Notes under the pieces: model-generated
What the model was told of the DNA's origin: nothing
The model's database searches: none
What the model saw: the letters and a program-made list of their open reading frames with translations, nothing else
Part shown: positions 40,908 through 51,069 of the stretch, in pieces
Layout: each line of letters opens with the position of its first letter
Numbering within the stretch: the first letter of the stretch is position 1
Made by a program: the position numbers and the translations under genes
DNA from: Candidatus Poribacteria bacterium
Lineage (GTDB): Bacteria; Poribacteria; WGA-4E; PCPOR2b
NCBI GenBank assembly: GCA_965218095.1
Contig: OZ244587.1
Span: 864,001-928,000 of the forward strand
Reading direction: 5' to 3'
DNA: 64,000 nucleotides

Positions 40908-41714
40908 ATGGTAGACATTCATTCGCATATCCTCCCCCTTCTTGATGATGGTTCGTATTCACTGGACGAATCAATCGTTATGCTCAAAAAGAGTATTATG
41001 TCTGGCGTTGATGTGATTGTTGCAACGCCTCACCTCTACCCGGGGCGTTACGCAGCATCAACGATGGATCGGGATGAGGCGTTTACAGAATTGCAGGATG
41101 AAGTCAAACGGTGCCAACTGCAAATTGAAATGTTTCCGGGGCGCGAATGCTACTTCAGTCCTGAAATTTATGACTATGAACAAGATCTTGGCAAACTCAC
41201 CATCACGGATAACGGTAGATACCTGCTTATTGAATCACCAATGCAGGAGATTCCTCAATATGCCGATTAGATAATCTTTGATCTCCAAATGAAGGGGGGC
41301 GCGCCGATTATTGCTCACGCTGAACGCTACTACACTATCATTGAAGATCCAAATTTGCTCCACAGATACATTCAGATGGGTTGCCTGATCCAGGTCAATG
41401 TTGGCAGCTTACTCGGGGAGTCGGGAGGCTATATTCAGCGGATGGCAGAAATTTTGCTGACACATCAAATGGGGCATATCGTCGCGTCGGATATGCACAC
41501 GCGCTCCTCAATTGCTCTGGGCGAAGGCTTTGAAGCCTTATCAGAAATCGTTGGCAAGGAAGAGAGCTTGCGCCTTGTTAAAGAGCGTCCGCGAGCGATT
41601 ATCCAAAATCTTCCCGTTCAGCTTCCGGATCCGTTAGCGTATCGTCCAAAGAAGCGCTTCGAGAACTTATGGAGATTATTCAGTAAACCTTCACCGTCTA
41701 GAGATGATTCTTAA
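40908..41714 (+). pseudogene. CpsB/CapC-family PHP tyrosine phosphatase with an in-frame TAG at 41268-41270
   Basis: 'DIHSHILP..DDGS', 'ATPH', 'IAHAERY', 'ASDMH'; both ORFs are in the same frame. Confidence 0.85.
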
Positions 41715-43426
41715 TGCCGATTCCCAACCCGAGCCGTACCTTCAAGAGTATACAACGCCTCCGTCAAATTATCAATGTGTTTGCGAAACACGGTTTTGGG
41801 CATATTATCGCTCGAATGAATCTTGGGCGATACGCCCCAAGGCGGTGGCATCTATTTCGACTTCAGCATTTTGAAGGAGATGAACTCATTACCCCACCTT
41901 CCGTCCCACAACGTTGGCGGCTTGCTTTTGAGGAACTTGGGACCACATTTATCAAACTTGCGCAGATATTGAGTACCCGTTCTGATCTCATATCCACGAT
42001 CGTAGGTCAGGAGGAAGCTTTCGAATGGATTGAGGAGTTCAAAAAACTCCAAAGTCAAGCGTCTCCATTTCCTTTCGATGAAGTTCGTACTATCGTTGAA
42101 GGGGATCTGTGTCAGCCCCTCGATCAGATTTTTGCGAGTTTTGATCCAGCTCCTTTTGCAGCAGCTTCGATTGCTCAAGTTCACAACGCAACCCTTCGGA
42201 GTGGTGAATCCGTTGTCGTCAAAGTTCAGCGCCCTCGCATCGCGGACGAAATCAACACTGACCTGAATCTTCTAGACTGGCTGGCGAAGCGATTGGAAAA
42301 GTACGTTGTCGAAAGCTGGTTGTATAAACCGACTGAACTGGTCCGAGAATTCTCCAGATCGATTCGGCGGGAGATTAATTTTACGATGGAAGGGGCAAAT
42401 ACGGACTATTTTTACCGGAATTTTTTGGATAATAAGAATGTCAAAGTTCCAAAAGTCTATTGGGAGTTTACAAATCGGCGTGTCCTCACTTTGGAAAGGG
42501 TTGATGGCATCCCGATTGATGCCGTACAACAGTTCGATGAAGCCAATTTGGATCGAGAAAAAACTGTTGAGGTACTCGTTGATTTTTTCTATAAGCAGAT
42601 CTTCATTGATGGTTTTTTCCACTCAGACCCGCATCCGGGCAACCTGTTTGTCTTGGCAGATGGGCGGATTGGTCTGGTTGATTTTGGGATGGTTGGGCGG
42701 ATTAGTGGTGAAATGTTGGATAGCATTTGTGGCTGGTTCGTTGCTATCCTCAATCGTGATGTAGACCGCGTCGTCAAAACCTACGTCCGCATGGGGATTC
42801 TGGGGGATACGACCAACACCGCCGCCTTGAAAATGGAGATGACGGATTTCCTCGACCGGTATTTTAACATGCCGTTTTCGCGGATTCGAATTGGCGCTCT
42901 TCTCGATGAAGTTGTCAACGCTTCACTGCGGCATCAAATCCATTTCCCTTCCGCATTCCTGATGCTTGGCAAAACAGTGATGACAATTGAGTCCGTGGTG
43001 ATGAATCTCAACCCCAATTTCGATCTTCTGGCTTTTAGCCAGCCTTATGTGACTCGCATTGTGCTGCAACAGTTTGAGCCTGAACGTTGGATCAAACAGA
43101 TGTACAGTACGGTCGAAGATCTCACCGAGATGGCGAGAGAGTTGCCTTTACAACTCCATCAAATTCTGCAGAAATTGCAGAGGGGCAGTCTGAAACTTGG
43201 AGTTGATCATACTAACTTAGATCGGCTGATTGGGGTCTTCGATCGGATGAGCAATCGCATTTCATTCAGCCTGATCATTGCAGCCCTCATTGTTGGTTCT
43301 TCAATACTGCTTCAAGGGGTGAGTTCGTGGGGACCTAAATCAATACTCGGCATCATGGGGTATTTGACGGCCGGCATTTTCGGCGTCGGCCTAGTCATTT
43401 CGATCTTGCGCTCTGGACGTTTTTAA
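41714..43426 (+). CDS. AarF/ABC1/UbiB-family atypical kinase
   Basis: 'AAASIAQVH', 'VKVQRP', 'FFHSDPHPGN', 'DFGMVG', two C-terminal TMs. Confidence 0.95.
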   Translation: MPIPNPSRTFKSIQRLRQIINVFAKHGFGHIIARMNLGRYAPRRWHLFRLQHFEGDELITPPSVPQRWRLAFEELGTTFIKLAQILSTRSDLISTIVGQEEAFEWIEEFKKLQSQASPFPFDEVRTIVEGDLCQPLDQIFASFDPAPFAAASIAQVHNATLRSGESVVVKVQRPRIADEINTDLNLLDWLAKRLEKYVVESWLYKPTELVREFSRSIRREINFTMEGANTDYFYRNFLDNKNVKVPKVYWEFTNRRVLTLERVDGIPIDAVQQFDEANLDREKTVEVLVDFFYKQIFIDGFFHSDPHPGNLFVLADGRIGLVDFGMVGRISGEMLDSICGWFVAILNRDVDRVVKTYVRMGILGDTTNTAALKMEMTDFLDRYFNMPFSRIRIGALLDEVVNASLRHQIHFPSAFLMLGKTVMTIESVVMNLNPNFDLLAFSQPYVTRIVLQQFEPERWIKQMYSTVEDLTEMARELPLQLHQILQKLQRGSLKLGVDHTNLDRLIGVFDRMSNRISFSLIIAALIVGSSILLQGVSSWGPKSILGIMGYLTAGIFGVGLVISILRSGRF

Positions 43427-43468
43427 TGGAGACACGAGGTGAATTGAATCATATAGGAGAGTACAAGT

Positions 43469-44650
43469 ATGAAGCAAAGGGCGTCTTTGGAACAAACGTA
43501 TGTGGTCGCGAAGGAAACTTCTCGTTTGGGATTAGAGTTGGGCAGAAAGATTGGCCTTCTCGATCCATCGACAAAGCCGACAACCAAAGACACTTACGAT
43601 ACCGGAAAATGGGATAAATTACACCGGGAGCTCGTCGTTGTCGATTCGTACTCCGCAGCCATAGACCTAAAGGCCCTGCAACGCGGACGAGTGGATGTCG
43701 TGGTACAAGCACTCCAGGCAGAGGAGCTTTTCGTCCAGATTCCGCCTCAACAACCATCAGAGCCGCCGCCTGAAGGCCTAAAAATATGGGAACACGTCTT
43801 TAAGGAAGCCGATCTCGTTGAACGAGTCTCGCAGGTGATTGATGAACACCTCCGGTTTATTGAAGCATATAATGAATATATCGAATTGGCGCTCACTGAG
43901 GCGGACGTGCAACGCATTGTGCAGACAGGCAAAATCGCCTTCGTGATGATGCTCGCTAGTGGGGTCATCAATAATGACCTCGACGTATTGAAGAAATACT
44001 ATCAATTGGGTATCCGTGTGATGGCGCTTTGTCATCTTGCTTCCGTGGGTTGGGCGGACTCTAATGCCGAGCTCAAAGAGACTCCAGGATTAACAGACTT
44101 CGGGCAGGATGTGGTCAAGGCATGCAATAGAATCGGCATCCTGGTAGATCTGTCCCATGCGTCAGATCAAACCTGTTGGGACGCTCTTGATGTGGCGACA
44201 GAGCCGATCATTGCCACACACTCCAAGTGTCGTGCGTTGTCCAACAGTCCGCGTGATTTGAGCGACGATATGATGCGTGCCATCGCTGAAACGGAAGGCG
44301 TTGTCGGAATTCTCGCTTCCACCCCCCGCACGTCAGCCGAATCTCAGCAAGCACGGCTAAAGCGCGATCGGCGATTAGCGGAGAAATATTCAGAGCCCTT
44401 TGAACTTGCCGCCGCCAAGCTTGCTGATGCGGAAATTTGGGGAACAAAACTGGATTTGGAAAGCATTGACCATGCTGTCAACATGGTGGGCATCGATCAT
44501 GTGGGCCTCGCTTCGCACTTTCAAAACGTGCCCCAATGGAAAGAATTTACCGAAACTTTAATTGAACATGGGTACAACGAAGAAGATACCAGGAAGATCC
44601 TGGGAGAAAATGTGCTTCGTGTTCTCAAGCAGACTACCGGGAGTGAGTAG
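43469..44650 (+). CDS. Membrane dipeptidase (M19)-like protein with degenerate active site
   Basis: 'GLTDFGQDVVKACNRIGILVDLSHAS', 'IATHS', 'KILGENVLRV'. Confidence 0.8.
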   Translation: MKQRASLEQTYVVAKETSRLGLELGRKIGLLDPSTKPTTKDTYDTGKWDKLHRELVVVDSYSAAIDLKALQRGRVDVVVQALQAEELFVQIPPQQPSEPPPEGLKIWEHVFKEADLVERVSQVIDEHLRFIEAYNEYIELALTEADVQRIVQTGKIAFVMMLASGVINNDLDVLKKYYQLGIRVMALCHLASVGWADSNAELKETPGLTDFGQDVVKACNRIGILVDLSHASDQTCWDALDVATEPIIATHSKCRALSNSPRDLSDDMMRAIAETEGVVGILASTPRTSAESQQARLKRDRRLAEKYSEPFELAAAKLADAEIWGTKLDLESIDHAVNMVGIDHVGLASHFQNVPQWKEFTETLIEHGYNEEDTRKILGENVLRVLKQTTGSE

Positions 44651-44654
44651 CCGT

Positions 44655-44766
44655 CTGTAAAGTATTTAAAGTCCGTAAAGTTAAACTTCAGAAATACTTT
44701 AGGCACTTTCTTCTAGGGCTTCGTTTCCTTGCCTAACTTTAGACATTTTAGACACTTTAGTTCACT
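44655..44766. repeat. Nonamer-type (actttagac) intergenic repeats in inverted arrangement
   Basis: gtaaagt/taaagt copies followed by actttaggc, actttagac, attttagac, actttagtt. Confidence 0.55.
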
Positions 44767-44869
44767 TTTCTATGAGCGTATCGGCGAATCAGTTCAGGGG
44801 TTCAAGGATTCACAGTCAGTAGGGCTAAAGCCGTTCATTAGCTCATTCACGCATCACGTCTCACGAATC

Positions 44870-45307
44870 ATGGGAATTATTCTTGGATTAGACATTGGCG
44901 ATGTACGAATCGGCGTTGCAATTAGCGATCAGCTCGGCATTGCCGCCCATCCGCTCTGCACGATTCGGCGGAGGAGCAGAAAAGCTGCGCTGGCGGAGCT
45001 ACAGGAGTTGATCGTCACGCACAAAGTCGAGCAGATTGTCGTCGGACTGCCGCTTCGGCTCAATGGTGAGGTTGGGGTTCAAGCGCAAAAGGTCCAAAAG
45101 TTTGCAGAGAAATTAAAACAGCGGGTTGATTTGCCAATCGCTTTCTGGGATGAAAGTTTTACCACCGTTGAAGCAACAGAGATATTGAGGGCGACCAAAA
45201 AACGGGGTAAGAAGCGGAAGAAGGTTATTGATCAGGTTGCCGCAGTGCTGATCCTTGATGGATATCTGGAGGAAGCAGGGGCAAGGTCCAATGAAATTAC
45301 CAATTGA
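44870..45307 (+). CDS. yqgF: Pre-16S rRNA nuclease / Holliday junction resolvase-like RuvX
   Basis: 'LGLDIGDVRIGVAISD', 'VVGLP', 'WDE', 'IDQVAAVLIL'. Confidence 0.93.
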   Translation: MGIILGLDIGDVRIGVAISDQLGIAAHPLCTIRRRSRKAALAELQELIVTHKVEQIVVGLPLRLNGEVGVQAQKVQKFAEKLKQRVDLPIAFWDESFTTVEATEILRATKKRGKKRKKVIDQVAAVLILDGYLEEAGARSNEITN

Positions 45308-46325
45308 TCTGAAGGACGCGATATGGTACGTTTCTATCGTCCTCTTTAGCGTATCGCTGCTCGGTACCATCGTAACCTTGATAATGCTGCTCTATTTATA
45401 TCCCGTGGATGCAGACGCGGAACCCATACAGTTGCAAATTGCTCGCGGTATGAGTTCACAGGCGATAGCGAATCAGCTTGCCTGTAGGAACCTGATTCGC
45501 AGTCCACTGGTTTTCCAGTTAGCAACGCACCTCAGTGGCGCAAGTCGCAGTCTGAAGGCGGGAAATTACCGTTTGAGCGGAGGGTTGAGCCTGCCGCAGA
45601 TTATTAATCACCTTCAAGCTGGGAAGGTTGTTACGCGCCGATTTGTTGTTCCAGAAGGTTTGACGGTTGCGCAGATTGGGGAACTTTGGGAGAGGAACAG
45701 TTTTGGAGCAGCGGCCGCGTTCAACCGGGCTGCCAGTGACCCAAAATGGCGAGTAAACTACGGCATCGGAGGTGAAACACTAGAGGGTTATCTCTTCCCA
45801 AACACATACCAATTCGCTGATGGGACGACACCGCAGGTGGTCATCGAAATGATGCTTGATGAATTCGATCGGCGATGGACGTATGCATTGCGTGAGGAAG
45901 CCGAATCGCTTGGGCTATCTGTACACGAGGCGATTACGCTTGCCTCTATCATTGAGAAAGAGGCGGAGGTGCCTGATGAACGTCTCTTAATTTCAGCAGT
46001 TTTTCATAACCGCCTGCGTCGCGGTTGGCCCCTTGAGGCAGATCCAACCGCGCTTTATGCCTTGGGGAATCCCGAGCGTTCACCAACACCAGCAGATCTC
46101 AATGTCGATTCACCCTATAATACCTATCTCCATAAGGGACTGCCGCCTGGGCCAATCTGTAATCCAGGCCGGGCTTCGATCCTGGCGACACTTCGCCCAG
46201 CTTCAGCTATCTACCTCTATTTCGTCGCGATCGGTGATGGAAGACACTATTTCTCCACAACATTAAAAGAACACCAGAATATGATTCACAAAATGAAACG
46301 GAACCTCAATTCGATTGCAGATTGA
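45291..46325 (+). CDS. mltG: Endolytic transglycosylase
   Basis: 'LEGYLFPNTY', 'ASIIEKE', 'SPYNTY..KGLPPGPICNPG'. Confidence 0.95.
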   Translation: MKLPIDLKDAIWYVSIVLFSVSLLGTIVTLIMLLYLYPVDADAEPIQLQIARGMSSQAIANQLACRNLIRSPLVFQLATHLSGASRSLKAGNYRLSGGLSLPQIINHLQAGKVVTRRFVVPEGLTVAQIGELWERNSFGAAAAFNRAASDPKWRVNYGIGGETLEGYLFPNTYQFADGTTPQVVIEMMLDEFDRRWTYALREEAESLGLSVHEAITLASIIEKEAEVPDERLLISAVFHNRLRRGWPLEADPTALYALGNPERSPTPADLNVDSPYNTYLHKGLPPGPICNPGRASILATLRPASAIYLYFVAIGDGRHYFSTTLKEHQNMIHKMKRNLNSIAD

Positions 46326-46431
46326 AAGCGATGGAAAATCGGATTCAATGCGTTCATGGGGTCAGTCGTACATGCACCATCGAACCGAAACAATCAGCAA
46401 TCTCCAATCAAACGGAAGGAAATACACTTTT

Positions 46432-47715
46432 TTGGCTTCACAACAGACCATTCAAAATGAGGTAACAATCTCAGGGACCGGTTTGATGCTTGGTGAACCG
46501 GTCACCTTAACACTCAAGCCGGCGCCGCCAGATCAAGGTGTTGTGTTTCACCGAATAGATCTACCCGGTGAACCCGCAATCCAGGTCTGCCCTGCTAGTC
46601 ATCAGGCGATAATTCCCCGTTGCACGAGCCTGCGCGCCGGCGATGCGACAGTCACGAGTGTAGAACATTTATTGTCAGCATTGGCAGGTATGGAGGTCGA
46701 TAATGTGCGGATTGACGTCAACGCGCCAGAACCACCGGCGTTGGATGGCAGCGCATTGCCTTATGTTCAACTCATTCAGCAGGCGGAAATTATCCAACAA
46801 GACACCCCACGCGCTGCCATTGAGTTACCAAAACCCTTTGCTGTTTACGACAAAGAGAAGCAACTCATTCTACTTCCTTCAGATTTCTTTCAAGTCTCCT
46901 TTGTGTATGATCACCCCCAAATCCCCGCTCAAGTTGCGACCTTTACCATAGATCCGGAAACTTATGCAAATGAGATTGCTCCTGCACGCAGTTTCTGCTT
47001 TGCAAATGAAATCGAGTTACTCAGGAATCAGGGCATTGGCAAAGGCGCGAGTTATGACAACGTCGTCGTCGTCGAAGATGATGGACGAACGAGCGACGAA
47101 TTGAGGTTTGCCGATGAATTTGCCCGTCACAAAATCCTGGACCTAATCGGCGATCTTTACCTGGGGACACGGCTGCTCAGAGCCCAAGCCGTTGCGATGC
47201 GATCCGGACACAGTCTCCACGCACAGCTTATCCTATCGCTTGCGGAAAAAGGATTAACGCAGCAACAACTGTCGAAACCCATCGAAGCCCTGGACATTTA
47301 CCGAATACTTCCACACCGCTATCCGATGTGTATGCTCGATCGGGTCATTGAAATGGAATCGGGGAAACGGGCTGTTGGCATTAAGAATCTCACCTACAAT
47401 GAGCAGTTCTTTCAAGGGCACTTTCCGCAGCAGCCGGTAATGCCTGGTGTCTTGCAAATGGAGGCCTTGGCGCAGCTTGGAGCGTGGCTGTTGTTAAAAG
47501 AACTGGACGTTGAAGGACAACTCGGATATTTTGTATCAATTAAGGAAGCCAAGTTTCGACGCCCCGTTATACCAGGAGATCGACTTCGATTAGAAGTCGA
47601 AGTTTTACGGCGACGCAGGAGGATGGCACGGCTTGGCGGCAAAGCGTATGTCGGTAAGGAACTTGCCGCCGAGGGGGAGTTGGCAATTGTGCTCAGCGAA
47701 ACATTGGTGGAGTGA
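46432..47715 (+). CDS. lpxC: Bifunctional LpxC deacetylase / FabZ dehydratase
   Basis: LpxC 'VEHLLSAL', 'RHKILDLIGD'; FabZ 'LPHRYP', 'FFQGHFP..PVMPGVL..EALAQ'. Confidence 0.95.
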   Translation: MASQQTIQNEVTISGTGLMLGEPVTLTLKPAPPDQGVVFHRIDLPGEPAIQVCPASHQAIIPRCTSLRAGDATVTSVEHLLSALAGMEVDNVRIDVNAPEPPALDGSALPYVQLIQQAEIIQQDTPRAAIELPKPFAVYDKEKQLILLPSDFFQVSFVYDHPQIPAQVATFTIDPETYANEIAPARSFCFANEIELLRNQGIGKGASYDNVVVVEDDGRTSDELRFADEFARHKILDLIGDLYLGTRLLRAQAVAMRSGHSLHAQLILSLAEKGLTQQQLSKPIEALDIYRILPHRYPMCMLDRVIEMESGKRAVGIKNLTYNEQFFQGHFPQQPVMPGVLQMEALAQLGAWLLLKELDVEGQLGYFVSIKEAKFRRPVIPGDRLRLEVEVLRRRRRMARLGGKAYVGKELAAEGELAIVLSETLVE

Positions 47716-47845
47716 AGAATGGAAATTCACTCCGCAACAACAAGGTTATGTACATTCACTCTGTGAAGGGAATGAGGTATAAAACCAATAAGGATTTCTG
47801 GATCTCGTTCAGATCGCCAAACCAAACAGCGTACTGGTAGAAAGT

Positions 47846-47876
47846 GGCGTCCCTGCTTTATAGCAGGGGCTTTCTG
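47846..47876. repeat. Hairpin resembling an IS200/IS605 end
   Basis: ccctgct-ttat-agcagggg followed by ctttct. Confidence 0.35.
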
Positions 47877-47937
47877 CGTAAATCTTAATACTATCAAGAC
47901 AGAATGATTTCCGGATCCAACGTTGAGGAGGGCAGAA

Positions 47938-48729
47938 GTGAGGAAGATTCACCCAACCGCCATCATCCATCCAAAAGCCGAATTAGGGGAGAACGTTGAA
48001 GTCGGTCCCTTCTCGATTATCAGCGAGGATGTGCAGATCGGCCGTGGGACCGTGATTGGGCCGCATGTACAGCTCGATCGGTGGACGGCCGTCGGCGAAG
48101 AATGCCAGATCTTCTTCGGCTGCACAATTGGCAACCCTTCAAAAGACCTCAAGTACGGCGGCTGGCAAAGCTATGCCCGGATCGGCGATCGAAATGTCCT
48201 GCGGGAGTATGTGTCGATTTCCAGAGCTACGACGGAGGATGGCGCAACAGTCATCGGCGATGACAACCTGCTCATGAACTGGGTCAATATCGCTCATGAT
48301 ACGGCCGTTGGAAATCGGACAATTATGGCGAATTTTGCCACAATTGCCGGGCACGTCGTTATCGAGGACGATACACGGATTGGCGCTCACGCTGCAATTC
48401 ATCAGTTTGTTCACGTCGGCAAAATGGCGATGGTTGGGGCGTGTTCCAAATTTGTGCAGGACATTCCGCCGTTCATTATCTCCGATGGGCATCCCGCCCG
48501 TGTGCGTAGCCTAAATATCGTTGGCATCCAAACCTCACAGATCCACCCAATGGCATTGCTCCCTCCTGAAACCATTCAGCGCCTCAAAAGTGCATACCGC
48601 ATTCTATTCCGCAGCAAAGTCAACCTCACACAGGCAATTACGCAGGTGAGACGGGAAATTGAACCAGACGAGGAAGTGGAGTATCTTCTGAATTTTATTG
48701 AGAATTCCAATCGGGGAATCGGGGTTTAG
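47938..48729 (+). CDS. lpxA: UDP-N-acetylglucosamine acyltransferase
   Basis: 'IHPTAII', hexapeptide repeats, 'IAHD', 'HQF'. Confidence 0.95.
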   Translation: MRKIHPTAIIHPKAELGENVEVGPFSIISEDVQIGRGTVIGPHVQLDRWTAVGEECQIFFGCTIGNPSKDLKYGGWQSYARIGDRNVLREYVSISRATTEDGATVIGDDNLLMNWVNIAHDTAVGNRTIMANFATIAGHVVIEDDTRIGAHAAIHQFVHVGKMAMVGACSKFVQDIPPFIISDGHPARVRSLNIVGIQTSQIHPMALLPPETIQRLKSAYRILFRSKVNLTQAITQVRREIEPDEEVEYLLNFIENSNRGIGV

Positions 48730-48756
48730 CTAACAGGCACATTCAAGGGGGCAGCA

Positions 48757-49560
48757 TTGGAAAAACTCGGGATTATTGCTGGAGCAGGTGAGTTGCCTGT
48801 ATTGCTCGCACAAGCCGCGTTAGAACAAGGACGTTTGCCGGTCGTCATCCAGATCACCCAACCCGCCTCCAAACAATTCGAGACTGTCGCCTCGGAAGTA
48901 CATTCGTTTGGAATTGGACAGGTTCAGAAGATAACGAGAATGCTTCTTGAGTCGGACGTACGGGAGCTTGTGATTATCGGCAAAATCGATAAAAGTATCC
49001 TCTTCCATCCTTTCCTGGTAGACCCAACGGCGGTCAAGATTCTGGCGGGGACTCGGGACAAGGGGCCTCACGCGATTATTGCTGCGGTGATTGAGCACTT
49101 TGAGTCGAAGGGAATCAGTGTGATTGAGCAACATTGTTTTCTGAAGGCGTTAATGCCACAGGCAGGTGTGTTGACGAAAAGGCAGCCGACCCAATCGCAG
49201 TGGGCGGATGTGAGGTACGGAATGCAGCTTGCTCGCCAAATTGCCAACCTGGACATTGGGCAGACCGTAATCGTCAAGAATTTGATGCCGATTGCGATTG
49301 AAGCTATTGAGGGGACGGATGCGGCGATAAAACGTGGTGGGGCGCTTAGAGGTAAGGGTATCCTCGTCGCCAAGGCTGCTGCGACACATCATGATTTCCG
49401 GATCGATGTGCCAACTGTTGGTGCTCAGACGCTAGAAGTGCTGCATGTGGTTCGGGGCAGCGTTCTCGCTGTTGAAGCTGGACGCACATTTATTATGAAT
49501 CAGGAGGCGCTCTGCGAACAAGCGGAGCACTGGAAAATCTCGATTATCGCTGTGGAATAG
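48757..49560 (+). CDS. lpxI: UDP-2,3-diacylglucosamine pyrophosphatase LpxI
   Basis: 'LGIIAGAGELP', 'DIGQTV', 'EAIEGTD', 'RIDVPTVG'. Confidence 0.93.
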   Translation: MEKLGIIAGAGELPVLLAQAALEQGRLPVVIQITQPASKQFETVASEVHSFGIGQVQKITRMLLESDVRELVIIGKIDKSILFHPFLVDPTAVKILAGTRDKGPHAIIAAVIEHFESKGISVIEQHCFLKALMPQAGVLTKRQPTQSQWADVRYGMQLARQIANLDIGQTVIVKNLMPIAIEAIEGTDAAIKRGGALRGKGILVAKAAATHHDFRIDVPTVGAQTLEVLHVVRGSVLAVEAGRTFIMNQEALCEQAEHWKISIIAVE

Positions 49561-49633
49561 AGCGGGGGAAATTGGGGTTTAGGGAATCAACTAGCAGTCA
49601 AATGTATTCCTCAGCACGAAGCAGCACTTGTTC

Positions 49634-50635
49634 CTACTCACCCTTGCCCTCATCTGTTGCCTTCGAATCACTTCCATCATCAGATTCCACGACAGGCGCT
49701 TCCTCCTTCAGATCTTCCGAGTTCTTGATCAGTTTGTTGACGCGCGATTTGTCAAGCGTGAAGAGCTGATCTTTGTCTTCGCGCTTCACGTAGAAAGCGT
49801 TATTCTCTTCTTCTCCAATCAAGAGTACCTTCTTTGACCCATCGTTCAACGTTGCAGCGATCGACGATTTCGGCGCGTCAAGCTCATATTCTGCGAGTTC
49901 TTTGGGTTCGGCAAAATCGTCGGTTTTCAACGAACTCAACATATCAACGAGGATCCCGACCTCTGTTCCCTTGGCGACAGAAGCGACCGGTTTGAGCATT
50001 TGCCATTTGCCTGCATTATCCATCTGAAGTTCAATCTCTTCCTCTTCCGATCTAATTCTCAGGTGGGTCACGTCTCCCTGATTGAAATCAAAAATCTGCC
50101 GATCCCTCCAGGTCCGATAGCCCTTATCAAAGGTCGATTTGAGATAGCCTTTGACGACGTAGACGTTGTTGGAATCTGCCGCGCGGACATAGCTGTTAAA
50201 GATATTTGGCGTTGTTTTCCCGACGAAGAGGTGCGCCAGGACATTATTACTCACATCCAGGAGTTTGGCTTCCACACCGGAGCTGTCCACTTGAAAGATC
50301 GATTGCTTTTCCGGATTTGTGGAAGCTAGTTGGATTGTTTTGAGCTCGGCAACCTTATCGAGCAGTTCCTCCATGGCTTTCTGATCAGCAGGATAGTTGT
50401 CCATTGATGCCACAAGCCATTGATCGTTTTCTTTTACAAGCATTGTTGTCTCTCCGAATGCAGCAGTTATCTCAATCTTCGTCACGTGTTCTTTCTTGAA
50501 GTTAGGGAAAAAAGATTTAGCCGCTTCAGCCTCCTTTTGCTCCTTACTTTTGCCGAACGGATTCTCAAGAACCAGGGCAAGTAAACCTAAGACAATAAGA
50601 ATTCCAACTAAAACTAAAAGTTGTTTCGTTTTCAT
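49634..50635 (-). CDS. DUF4340 domain protein
   Basis: N-terminal TM, duplicated DUF4340-like domain ('WRDRQIF'); lies in the gldAFG operon. Confidence 0.8.
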   Translation of the reverse strand: MKTKQLLVLVGILIVLGLLALVLENPFGKSKEQKEAEAAKSFFPNFKKEHVTKIEITAAFGETTMLVKENDQWLVASMDNYPADQKAMEELLDKVAELKTIQLASTNPEKQSIFQVDSSGVEAKLLDVSNNVLAHLFVGKTTPNIFNSYVRAADSNNVYVVKGYLKSTFDKGYRTWRDRQIFDFNQGDVTHLRIRSEEEEIELQMDNAGKWQMLKPVASVAKGTEVGILVDMLSSLKTDDFAEPKELAEYELDAPKSSIAATLNDGSKKVLLIGEEENNAFYVKREDKDQLFTLDKSRVNKLIKNSEDLKEEAPVVESDDGSDSKATDEGKGE

Positions 50636-51069
50636 GTAACCGTTCACCTTTCGGTTAACCGTATCACTGTAGCCGGACGTACCAGTTTCGAGTGTCCATT
50701 TCACTCTCAGATAGTACTACGCCACGTCCCTCTGCTTCCCAAGCAATCGTTTCCAGTTGCCCAGTTGAGGTGAGGCTTATAACGATAGGCTGGTATAGTG
50801 AGAATTGAACTCACATTGCATTAGATCTTGTTGAAGCACACACAGTGCCGTTACCCCTGGGATGCTTTCACTGTTGATTGTAGTGCTGATGCTAGTAGCG
50901 AATCCGCCGAGAAATCGATGCCGGCGCACCTGTGCTTGCCGCGTTAATTTTGTCACGAATATTTTCCAGCGCATCTGTGGTTGCCAGTGTAACAACTTTA
51001 GCATTTCGATAACCCCCGTCTTCTCGCGTTGAGGCAGTTGCAACTCCGCATCCCGCTACTCAATCTGTA

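Noticed and set aside
34935-41270. TAG stop-codon reassignment, suggested by in-frame TAGs near 15516, 34950 and 41268
   Set aside because: Many conserved genes (murE, ftsZ, lpxA, lpxI, the response regulator) end at TAG at their expected C-termini.
50777-51043. RpiB-like or other coding remnant
   Set aside because: Similarity ('SIPGVTALCV') is too short and no coherent frame could be reconstructed.
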